Assembly: GCA_964016885.1 (NCBI GenBank) | Contig: OZ024742.1 | Location: 79,484,001-79,548,000, forward strand | DNA length: 64,000 nt | From: Eledone cirrhosa | Lineage: Eukaryota | Reading direction: 5' to 3' | Shown here: positions 1-13,731 of the stretch, piece by piece | How positions within the stretch are numbered: the stretch's first letter is position 1 | Layout of the letters: each line of letters starts with the position of its first letter | The notes under the pieces: generated by a model | What the model was told of the DNA's origin: nothing | Database searches by the model: none | The model's input: the letters and a program-made list of their open reading frames with translations, nothing else | Position numbers and translations under genes: made by a program

Positions 1-295
1 CTTATGAGAACGATTCTCATAAGAGTCGTGAATAAGCGTGGGTTTTAAGTGGAGGATATGAAGGAGAAAGTGAAGAACAATGAACGATAACAATGATGAA
101 AATAAGCTGATATAAATTTGAGGAGAGGAAAACAGTACATGCGCACACATACGTATTCGCAAGCCCACAGAGTATAGGCGCTGGTTCTTTTACAACCTCA
201 TAGTTTCAGTTTCGTTCCCATTGTTTGGGAGGGACCTTGAGCATAGAACTGTTACAAGATGGAAACTATGTGCAAGGCTTTCGTGTGCGTCTGAA

Positions 296-822
<527 letters not shown>

Positions 823-827
<5 letters not shown>

Positions 828-992
828 AAAAGAGTCAGTACCCCGACGGCTGAGCTCCGGCTGTTTCGACAGTTAGATCCGAGAAGGCGAGGTCCTAACT
901 CTTTTCCTATTACCCACTCTACTACTCTAAGTATTGAGTACTCTGGTGGGTTTTGGTCCACCTGCTATCTTACCACATCCTCTTTGACGTAA
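823..992 (+). mobile_element. Diverged copy of the palindromic PLE-type family also at 51947 and 58881
   Basis: Shares CCCCGACGGCTGAGCTC and the tail CCTATTACCCACTCTACTAC..AAGTATTGAGTACT..GGTCCACCTG. Short inverted repeat ATAGGAAAAGAGT/ACTCTTTTCCTAT. Confidence 0.8.
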
Positions 993-1495
993 TGAGGTTT
1001 ATTTTTCAACAGAGTTCCTGGAAAGACACAACCCAATTATCAACATGAAGCGTTGAAATTAATGCATGCAAGATTTCACAGCTCCAGCAGAACTCATTCA
1101 TAGGCAGCCTATGAACTCTTCAGCCCCACCCTCTCTCTCCATACACACACACACACACAAATATATATATATATATATAAAGAAAATTTCGCTCTACATG
1201 GCTGAATATAATAAATGTAATCTGAGCTTTTCGAATGTTAATAATAACATACGATTCGTTTACAATTTTGCAAACAAACCTCAATTTTATAGCCATGTCA
1301 GTCGAATGAACACTTCATTCTTGCTCTTGGGTTGGCATGCGAACAGAACTGCAGACACTAATGTTTCTGTGTATTACCCTTCACCAGAAGAGCTCACTGT
1401 TCACCTGCCAAACTGTCAGAGCTAGTGAGAATATATGCTATTATCAAAAATACACAGTGACTGATCGGCCTGACAGTTTGGCAGCTGAACAGTGA

Positions 1496-1541
1496 GCTGT
1501 ACTGATGAAGGGTGATACCCAGAAACATTAGTGTCTGTAGT
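1496..1541 (+). ncRNA. Type I hammerhead ribozyme, family A copy 1 (weakened stem I)
   Basis: GCTGTA CTGATGA AGGGTgatACCCA GAAAC ATTAGT GTC TGTAGT. Confidence 0.7.
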
Positions 1542-1918
1542 TCGGTTCGTATGCCAACACAAGAGCCAGAATGAAGTGTTCATTCTACTGACATGGCTAT
1601 AAAATTGAGGCTTGTTTGCAAAATCGAATGTTATTATTAATATTCGAAAAACTCAGATTACATTTATTGTATTCAGCCATGTAGAGCGAAATTTTCTTTT
1701 TTATTTAAATTTGGCACAGCCGGCCATTTATCACTCGTATACAGGAAACTGACTGGCCAGTCTGCTGATATGCAAATCTCGCTGAGCAGTGGATCTGTTA
1801 ATATGCAGATCTGACTGATCAGCCAGTCTGCTAATATGCAAATTAGACAGATCAGTCACTGTGTATTTTTGAAAATAGCATATATTTTCACTAGCTCTGA
1901 CAGTTTGGCAGGTGAACT

Positions 1919-1968
1919 GAGCTGTACTGATGAAGGGTAATACCCAGAAACATTAGTGTCTACAGTTC
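1919..1968 (+). ncRNA. Type I hammerhead ribozyme, family A copy 2
   Basis: Stem I GAGCTGTA/TACAGTTC, core CTGATGA, stem II GGGT/ACCC, GAAA, short stem III (CA-ttag-TG), GUC triplet at 1958-1960. Confidence 0.85.
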
Positions 1969-2343
1969 TGTTCGCATGCCAACACAAGAGCAAGAATGAA
2001 GTGTTCATTCTACTGACATGGCTATAACATTGAGGCTTGTTTGCAAAATCGAATGTTATTATTAATATTCGAAAAACTCAGATTACATTTATTGTATTCA
2101 GCCATGTAGAGCGAAATTTTCTTTTTTATTTAAATTTGGCACAGCCGGCCATTTATCACTCGTATACAGGAAACTGACTGGCCAGTCTGCTGATATGCAA
2201 ATCTCGCTGAGCAGTGGATCTGTTAATATGCAGATCTGACTGATCAGCCAGTCTGCTAATATGCAAATTAGACAGATCAGTCACTGTGTATTTTTGAAAA
2301 TAGCATATATTTTCACTAGCTCTGACAGTTTGGCAGGTGAACT

Positions 2344-2393
2344 GAGCTGTACTGATGAAGGGTAATACCCAGAAACATTAGTGTCTACAGTTC
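2344..2393 (+). ncRNA. Type I hammerhead ribozyme, family A copy 3
   Basis: Same sequence as 1919-1968. Confidence 0.85.
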
Positions 2394-2632
2394 TGTTCGC
2401 ATGCCAACACAAGAGCAAGAATGAAGTGTTCATTCTACTGACATGGCTATAAAATTGAGGCTTGTTTGCAAAATTGCAAACGAATCGAATGAAAAACTCG
2501 AAATGAAAAATCGAAAAACTCAGATTACATATATATATATATATATATATAAGCACATGTGAATTAGAATACGGTGGCGATAGAATATTTTGAAAATAGA
2601 ATTAGAAGCTTTCACCGATTAAAGAAAATAAT

Positions 2633-2816
2633 TGTTTCTACTATTGGCACAAGGCCAGCAATTACCCAGTACATTACTGGTACTTTATTTTATCGACCCC
2701 GTAAGGATGAAAGGCAAAGTTAACCTCGGCGGGATTTGAACTCAGAATGGCAAGGGCCGTAACTCTATGCGTCAAAGCATGGCGTCCGACCCTCTACCGA
2801 TACTGCCAATTCACCG
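2633..2816 (-). mobile_element. tRNA-derived SINE family 1 (Nin/Deu-like core)
   Basis: B-box GAGTTCAAATCCC, core CTTTGCCTTTCATCCTTACGGGGTCGATAAAATAAAGTACCAGT, 18-bp TSD CCGATTAAAGAAAATAAT (2615-2632/2817-2834). Confidence 0.9.
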
Positions 2817-2989
2817 CCGATTAAAGAAAATAATATTAAGGCATATGAACCCCATCACAGAAAGATGGGCTAGAGCATGCGTGGTAATACCCATGTTTTC
2901 CGTTATGTTGGCTCATATTTGACTATTTTCTGTAGTCAGTACACGATGAAAGCTTCTAAATCTATGTTCAGGGAAGACATCAATTGCAG

Positions 2990-3665
2990 GTCTATCTTCA
3001 GGAGGATCGTGGCTGGCTTGAACCAACACCACCGCGGTAGTATCCGTTCCACTTCGCAGCCGATCTTCGGCGCGTGGATCAATTCAGTGCCCACCTCTCC
3101 ATCCAGAGCTCTACTTGATGATGAGTGTACTCGCCATATCGGCCCCACGCCTTAGCCTCCGCGTGTGTGAGCCACACAAATGCCGTTGCGGAAATTTCGC
3201 TGAAGCGTTAGGTTTGCTCCCACTATCATACCACCAGAGCGCAAGCCGCTTCCTGCGTCATACCACTCTCAACGACATAATGAGAAGGAACCCAGACGCA
3301 ACCGGCTTTCCGTCACAATTGGAGCCAGCAGGCATCGATCGTGGAGACGGCAAGAGCAGCGACGGATTTACCCTCTTCACATTCGAAGAAGGTAAATCCC
3401 TCATCTGGGATGCGACATGCTGTGGCATATTCTCCGCCTCCAATTAAGGCGCTTCGACCACCAACCCCAGTACTGCGACCCGCAAAGCAGAGGAGAGGAA
3501 GACAAGTAAATACCGGGGATTTTCCGGCCACTTCCTCTTTGCAATGGTTACCGTCGACCTCAGACCTCCTCAGACCCCGTATAGCTGACCTCCGTAAAAT
3601 AGAAATAACAGCATCCTGTCTGAGTAAGGACCCCTGCGAAGTTGGGTGGCTGTTTCAGTGAGTGT
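2990..3665 (+). mobile_element. Degenerate CRE-like non-LTR retrotransposon 3' fragment (zinc finger + restriction-like endonuclease)
   Basis: GAWINSVP..LRVCEPHKCRCG..LRHTTLNDI..GIDRGDGKSSDGFTLFTFEEGKSLIWDATC across frameshifts; homologous to 53937-54839. Confidence 0.8.
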
Positions 3666-3741
<76 letters not shown>

Positions 3742-3835
3742 CACATATATATATATCTGTGTGTTTGTGTGAAATTGTATGTGATTTTCATTGTGTGTGA
3801 GTGTGTGCGTGTGTGTGTGTATGTCTATGTGTGTC
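3666..3835. repeat. (TG)n microsatellite region
   Basis: Directly visible. Confidence 0.95.
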
Positions 3836-4500
3836 TTCAAACACATATACGTTGATAGAGAATCAGTAGCTTCGATTATTGTGAATTTGAAGATCAGTCA
3901 GTTGAATCGAACGGCAAGGAGGTGTCTAGCAATAAATGCTTTACTGTATTTAATCCTGATGCCTGATGACAACTATTCAAATGTTGATTGGTGTTAACAA
4001 TTCACTCCCCACTTCGAAAATCGAAAAACAGAATATCGATAACCAGTCATGCATTAAGTATTGATTATATCGAATGTTAAACGCTATATATTGCGATTTA
4101 GTGATCATGAAGAATTGTAAGAAATAAATTTCTCACATCAATGAAGGACACAGTTGGATTTAAAGAGGTAAACCTCTGGTAAAGCAGAATTTATCTCAAC
4201 ATCGTGTTCGAGTTTTGATTAGAAAACACATAACTTCATTTCGAATTACTACGTAAATTTCTACTTGCAAAGTCAATAAGATTGCCGGTGGAATGGGCAA
4301 AGGTTCATTGTAAATGACCAACACTGTTTTGTATTTAGAACCTCTTTCTGAAGGCAGTAAATGTATGGTTCTGAAAGGCATATGGGCTTTGTATTAAAAA
4401 GTACATTATTTTGCTGATTTCATGTATGTATGGTCCCGTAGCTCCTGAAGGAGTTGTTGAGGTACCGTATTTACATACGGCATTTGTATATATATATATA

Positions 4501-4786
4501 TAAAATTAGTTCCACAACAGTTAGCAAGCCATTTTCGAGGACACATGTTTCCCCTTGCGGATTTTAGACTAACTTGAGTTGTCCGCCTTGTCGACGACCT
4601 TGCGCAAGACCGGCTAACTTCATATAGACTTCCATTTTTCGGGTATGATCAATCACTCGAGGTGAAAATCTACAATATGAAACACGTGTCCTCGAAAATG
4701 GTTTGCTAACTGTTGTGGAACTAATTTTATACCGAACTCGTCCTATGGACTGACTTATTTCGGATATAACCTGTCAGTGTTCAACC
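4501..4786 (+). mobile_element. Fold-back PLE-type short element
   Basis: Inverted arms 4501-4551 and 4679-4730, then an unpaired tail. The right arm begins with GAAACACGTGTC, a hammerhead stem III plus GUC. (TA)n lies on the left. Confidence 0.7.
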
Positions 4787-4793
4787 TCTCTCA

Positions 4794-7406
<2,613 letters not shown>

Positions 7407-7420
7407 TATATAATAATAAA

Positions 7421-7796
7421 AATAATAAACAAGTAAGACGGTTACGTTAGTCCATCGCTATTTATTTTATTATACGTATTTCGAAGAGGTATTGCTTTTG
7501 TAAAACATCAGTCAGATAAAATCCACAGGATATGTAAATAACTCGTGGACCACTTGCATATCAACTGATATTTATATCTCCCGTTGTTTTCATCTAAAGT
7601 GAACATGTTGACTGATGTTATACAAAAGCCAGACGTCTTCGAAATACGTATAATAAAATAGATAGCGATGGATTAACGTAACCGTCTTACTTGTTCATTA
7701 TTAAAATAATACTCCGGAAAGCATAAACCGTTGAGTGATTGACATCTGTTATGTAAAAGTCGGCTGATTTTGAATCATCCAAGTTTCTCTAATAGA
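7421..7796 (+). mobile_element. Fold-back PLE-type short element
   Basis: Inverted arms 7421-7514 and 7609-7702, tail to about 7796, then (TA)n. The right arm has CTGATG..GAAATACGTATA (decayed hammerhead-like). Confidence 0.65.
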
Positions 7797-7801
7797 ATAT
7801 A

Positions 7802-7866
<65 letters not shown>

Positions 7867-8052
7867 GGGATAACAGGTTATCGTCATGGCAGTCCACTTA
7901 GATGTAGTCCAGTTATAAACATAATATTGGAGATCGATTGGCGCAAAATCAGGCGTATGGCGAACTATAGATCTGCCAAATCAAAGAAATAATTGTCAGC
8001 AATGAGAATAAAGCCTTTATTGTATAGAGAACCATGTCAATTTACTTTCTTG

Positions 8053-8102
<50 letters not shown>

Positions 8103-8109
<7 letters not shown>

Positions 8110-9281
8110 TATGTACACGTACATACATATATGTATACAGATGTACAGTAGTATGTATATATACATACATGCACACATATATATATATGTACGTATGGAT
8201 TCACCGAACATTTATTATAATGCTCGGTGTGTTTGTAAACAAACAACCCGTATTGAGCCGTAGTGTCCAGCAACCATCGTTGCTCAATTATTCAACACTG
8301 ACAAAGGAACGCTGTACTAATTTCAAGCTTATTAGCTATCGATAGCAACGTATACCTTCCTGCCAGATTGTTGAACGTATATACTTACCTTATGCATATT
8401 AACGGCTGAGTAGCCCAATTTGCATATCGAGTGAGTTAATTGTCCGGGTGCACCGAAAACGATGAACGGAAAAAATGAAACGAAATTTCATTTCCCACTC
8501 TTAGTACGGCTGTTACTTAAATATAAGTATGTACACATACATACATATATGTATACAGACGTACAGTAGTATGTATATAAATATACATACATGCACACAT
8601 ATATATATATATGTACGTATGGATTTACCGAACATTTATTATAATGCTCGGTGTGTTTGTAAACAAACATCCCGTATTAAGCCGTAGTGTCCAGCAACCA
8701 TTGTTGCTCGTTTGTTCAACACTGACAAAGAAACGCTGTACTAGTTTCAAGCTTATTAGCTATCGTCTGTATACATATATGTATGTACGTGTACATACTT
8801 ATATTTAAATAACAGCCGTACTAAGAGTGGGAAATGAAATTTCGTTTCATTTTTTCCGTTTATCGTTTTCGGTGCACCCGGCCGATTAACCCACTCGATA
8901 TGCAAATTGGGCTACTCAGCCGTAAATATGCATAAGGTAAGTATATACGTTCAACAATCTGGCAGGAAGGTATACGTTGCTGACGATAGCTAATAAGCTT
9001 GAAACTAGTACAGCGTTCCTTTGTCAGTGTTGAACAAACGAGCGACGATGGTTGCTGGACACTACGGCTTACTACGGGATGTTTGTTTACAAACACACCG
9101 AGCATTATAATAAATGTTCGGTGAATCCATACGTACATATATATATGTGTGCATGTATGTATATATATATACATACTACTGTACGTCTGTATACATATAT
9201 GTATGTACGTGTACATACTTATATTTAAGTAACAGCCGTACTAAAAGTGGGAAATGAAATTTCGTTTCATATTTTCCGTTT
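8103..9281. mobile_element. Family B: about 420-bp tandem hammerhead-containing repeat arranged as a large inverted repeat
   Basis: 8103-8767 is about 1.6 units on the minus strand; 8764-9281 is about 1.2 units on the plus strand (CGTCTGTATAC at 8764 and 9184). (TA)n on both sides. Confidence 0.85.
8974..9016 (+). ncRNA. Minimal type I hammerhead ribozyme, family B
   Basis: ACGTTG CTGACGA tAGCTaataAGCTt GAAAC TA GTA CAGCGT: stem I, intact core, palindromic minimal stem III (ACTAGT), GUA triplet. Confidence 0.85.
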
Positions 9282-9546
9282 ATATATATATATATATACA
9301 TTTTACATGTATTGATCATACCTAAAATTATGTAGGGATGATTGCATTTCAAATTTCAAATATTTCTAATGTTAATTACTCAATCGTACATTTAATCACA
9401 CGACCACACACACATTACTGACAGCTTAGTTTTTACCTGTACCTGATACAATGTTGTTCGTTTTAAATCTTTATTAAATATTTCTTTTTTCATTTGATAG
9501 ATTCATTTCTACGATAGTAGCTTAACATATGGTTCTTATATATAAT

Positions 9547-9733
9547 ACTTGTTTCTACTTTTGACGCAAGACCAGCAATTATCCCAGTGTATTACTGCCT
9601 GCTTTATTTTATCGAACCCGTAAGGATGAAAGGCAAAGTTAACCCCGGTGGGATTTGAACTCAAACAATAAAGGGCCATAACTCTATGCTGCAAAGCATG
9701 GCGTCCGACCCTCTACCGATACTGCCAACCACC
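9547..9733 (-). mobile_element. SINE family 1
   Basis: Homologous to 2633-2816; TSD GTTCTTATATATAAT. Confidence 0.9.
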
Positions 9734-9800
9734 GTTCTTATATATAATTATGTCTGTCGATTTTACTTTAAATAGAAACTTTGTATTTCAATTAATTAAT

Positions 9801-9986
9801 TGTTTCTACTTTAGGCACAAGGCCAGCAAATTACCCAGTGCATTACTGGTACTTTATTTTATCCACCCCGTAAGGATGAAAGGCAAAGTCAACCTCGGCG
9901 AGATTTGAACTCAGATCGTAAAGGGACGTAACTATGCTGGAAAGCATGGCGTCTGACCCTCTACCGATACTGCCAATCCACCGCCA
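9801..9986 (-). mobile_element. SINE family 1
   Basis: Homologous to 2633-2816; TSD TGTATTTCAATTAATTAAT (9782-9800/9987-10005). Confidence 0.9.
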
Positions 9987-10487
9987 TGTATTTCAATTAA
10001 TTAATGAAGAATTTTGAGGAATTTACTAAAATTGTCATTTACTAAGATAGTAACTGATTGTTGTTCATTTAATTCTTCATCGGTATAATCATTAACGGTG
10101 AGTGTGATAACTTAGGTTGTCCCGCCAGGCAGGTGATATACATGCCGCCTCTAGAATTCTAATTCTACACTGTTGGCGACTGCTGGATTAGAACCCAACA
10201 ATGTAGTATAACATCTTCTGCTGGATTGATCTCTGTAACCGTAACAGCTCATCAACTTGGAGAAGGGAGGGCCTTTAATGGGTCAGATAGACTAGTTCTA
10301 ATTACTTACGGGGAGTGGTGGATATGGGTGTGTATTCAATCAATCTCTCATCTCCTTGCTGCGCACAATTGTAGAGTGGAACTAAAGCTCACAAGAGAAC
10401 GGACCTCAAAAGTGAAAACATCATATTGGTCCGTTCCCTTGTCTTTAGCTTGTATTGCATTGGAAACATAATCATATTGTATACGAT

Positions 10488-10568
10488 GCTCTCTGATGAT
10501 GCAACGTTACTAGTTGTGTGATCGAAGCATCACGTAACCATGATCACCGTTGAAATATGTATCACAGC
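10488..10568 (+). ncRNA. Hammerhead-like motif with long stem II insertion
   Basis: GCTCT CTGATGA tgcAACG...CGTT GAAA TATGTA TC ACAGC; one mismatch in stem I. Confidence 0.45.
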
Positions 10569-11105
10569 TTTATGAATAAAGACATTTTGAACATCTCCAT
10601 CGGACCTTCTTTATGTATATATACTGCGTCACGGACTAACAAATTATATTTGTAAGAAAACACATAACGTCGAGTACTTATTTCAAATTTCATCATTATT
10701 CACCGATCGGAGTGTTACATACGCAACCCCCGATTAGTCGACATTTTTATCGTAAGTATATTTCATCCGGATATTCCTGTTCCATCTATATTATATGGCG
10801 AGTATTTATAAATCATTATTCAACATTATTCAACTTGCTTCTATCATCCTGCAGTATAAAGGATTTTATAATAGAGGTAGACAACCGCTGAACTTTAAAT
10901 GTGCAGAATGAACGAACAATGGATTTTAAATGATCAGTTAGACGACACGCTAAACTATACGGTACTTTATAGGTACATATCTGTACACAGCGCAGGATTT
11001 AGCCGAAACGCCGAGAAAATTCATGTCTAATCATATACATTTATGCAAGTAATCATGGCTGCGTTCCTTATTTAAGTATTTCTCCGTAGATTGAAATAGG
11101 TGAAT

Positions 11106-11150
11106 GTCTTGACTTGAGTTTCGGTCTCAATTGATGCCATCATCAGAAAC
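11106..11150 (-). ncRNA. Minimal type I hammerhead-like motif (slightly decayed)
   Basis: Minus strand: GTTT CTGATGA tGGcaTCAATTGAgaCC GAAAC TCAA GTC AAGAC. Confidence 0.55.
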
Positions 11151-11975
11151 TTTCTTCATCTTTCATAATCCCGGCAGAAATACGTCACTAAAGGCTTTGC
11201 ATATTTAATAAATATGGTAGAAACAGAGAACTGGATCTGCTAATTTTCATAGTATTTGTGCTTACGGTGGTAACTAATCTAATTAGTCACTCCATATAGT
11301 CGCCGAAATACCCACAGATCACAACATTCATTAAAGAAAAAAAGAACGATTGGTTAGTGAAAAAATAATTGATGAAATGTCTGTGAAGAAGATCATAGGT
11401 TTACTTGATCAAAGCCATCTTGAAGCTAATTAATAGCAATAATAACCAACTGCAATATTCAGTATCACATTAATTCAGTGTGGTATTAGTTCATATCACA
11501 TTTTATTACCTGATTCACGAGAAAAAGTGACAAATACCAGGTATCAACATTCCTTTTGTAGCGTTCGTCATCGAGACCTCCGGTGTATTTTGTGCTTGAA
11601 CTGCAATTTTGCTCCATCAAATTGGAACGAGGGCCTGACAATGAGCGTTGTCTGAGGCAATGCTGATTGATAGCTTCATTCTCATTTTTCACTTTCTTCT
11701 TTTTCTGTATTATTTTTTAGTCTTTTTCTTCGCGTTTCCCCCGTTTTTATAATTAAGATATTATATATATATCTTGAAAAAAATGTTGCTTCGGTCCAAG
11801 TTAATAATATGATGACATCATTAAGTTTTATGAAACCTTAGAGTTGAATGTGTGGAATTGGGTCGGCAATGTTATGGATAACACATTAATCATAATGTGA
11901 TGCTTGTATTTCCATAAAGATATAAAGGTAAATTGAAAGACAGAAATAGTTATATCGATACATTAATGCATTGTT

Positions 11976-11979
<4 letters not shown>

Positions 11980-12058
<79 letters not shown>

Positions 12059-12226
12059 GCAACAGACGGAGAAAGTGTGTGTGTGTGTGTGTCTGTATGT
12101 GTGTATGAGGGAGTGTTGAGAGTGTGTCATTGAGGAAGAGAGAAATGGAGTGAGTGCAAACATATATTAGGGATATTGTGTTAATGTTGGTATATTTCGC
12201 AGAGAGAAAGAGGGAGAGGTGAGAGA

Positions 12227-12299
<73 letters not shown>

Positions 12300-12347
12300 T
12301 ATAATATTGATGATAGAAAGGGAGGAATGTGCCTATGAGTATTTTAC

Positions 12348-12386
<39 letters not shown>

Positions 12387-12400
12387 GAAGAGAGAGAGGG
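11980..12400. repeat. (GA)n, (TG)n and (GATA)n microsatellite cluster
   Basis: Directly visible. Confidence 0.95.
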
Positions 12401-12488
12401 GGTGGGAATAAGAATGAAAGAGAAAGGATAGAAAAAGAGAAAGAGGGAGGTACGGTTTTAGTAGCAGAATGAAAATGTAAGAAAGATT

Positions 12489-13449
12489 ATGTGTCTGTAT
12501 GTGTGTGTCTATATGTGACTGTATGTGTGTGTCTATATGTGACTGTATGTGTGTGTCTATATGTGTCTGTATGTGTGTGTCTATATGTGACTGTATGTGT
12601 GTGTCTATATGTGACTGTATGTGTGTGTCTATATGTGACTGTATGTGTGTGTCTATATGTGACTATATGTGTGTGTCTATATGTGACTGTATGTGTGTGT
12701 ATATATGTGACTGTATGTGTGTGTCTATATGTGACTGTATGTGTGTGTCTATATGTGACTGTATGTGTGTGTATATATCTGTCTGTATGTGTGTGTCTAT
12801 ATGTGACTGTATGTGTGTGTCTATATGTGTCTATATGTGTGTGTCTATATGTGACTGTATGTGTGTGTATATATGTGACTGTATGTGTGTGTCTATATGT
12901 GTGTGTCTATGTGTCTGTATGTGTGTGTCTATATGTGACTGTATGTGTGTGTCTATATGTGTCTGTATGTGTGTGTCTATATGTGACTGTATGTGTGTGT
13001 CTATATGTGTCTGTATGTGTGTGTCTATATGTGTCTGTATGTGTGTGTCTATATGTGACTGTATGTGTGTGTCTATATGTGACTGTATGTGTGTGTCTAT
13101 ATGTGTATGTATGTGTGTGTCTATATGTGACTGTATGTGTGTGTATATATGTGACTGTATGTGTGTGTCTATATGTGACTGTATGTGTGTGTCTATATGT
13201 GTCTGTATGTGTGTGTCTATATGTGTCTGTATGTGTGTGTATATATGTGACTGTATGTGTGTGTCTATATGTGACTGTATGTGTGTGCATATATGTGACT
13301 GTATGTGTGTGTCTATATGTGACTGTATGTGTGTGTCTATATGTGACTGTATGTGTGTGTCTATATGTGACTGTATGTGTGTGTATATATGTGACTGTAT
13401 GTGTGTGTCTATATGTGACTGTATGTGTGTGTCTATATGTGACTGTATA
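12489..13449. repeat. 24-bp minisatellite (GTGACTGTATGTGTGTGTCTATAT), about 40 copies
   Basis: Regular 24-bp period with point variants; explains the 318-319 aa repetitive ORFs. Confidence 0.97.
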
Positions 13450-13573
13450 GTGTGATTGACAGACAGAAATTAAATGAAGAACCTGATAGGGTATTGACAA
13501 ACTAAATAAGTGTGACATGTGATTTATTGGTATTTACTCAGCTAATATTACTTCATCACATACTCACTGAGGT

Positions 13574-13731
<158 letters not shown>

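Larger units (their letters stand above)
1178..2530 (+). mobile_element. Family A: 425-bp tandem hammerhead-containing repeat (about 2.5 units) preceded by an inverted partial unit; retrozyme/PLE pseudo-LTR-like
   Basis: Period 425 (GCTGTACTGATGA at 1496, 1921, 2346). Segment 1178-~1467 is the reverse complement of part of the unit. Flanked by (TA)n. Confidence 0.85.

Noticed and set aside
1066-2556. Recurring ORFs 'NKPQFYSHVSRMNTSFLLL' (also at 41762-42309)
   Set aside because: They recur only because they are antisense translations of repeat family A; stops differ between copies.
10118-10641. Solo LTR (TG...CA with AATAAA)
   Set aside because: No matching TSD found and the left boundary is uncertain.
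11511-11692. Possible minus-strand first exon (MEQNCSS...FLVNQ|gtaata)
   Set aside because: A plausible donor site exists, but there is no recognisable protein and no partner exons; RNA evidence is needed.
12489-13449. CRISPR-like regular array
   Set aside because: Contiguous tandem units without unique spacers, in a eukaryotic context with no cas genes.
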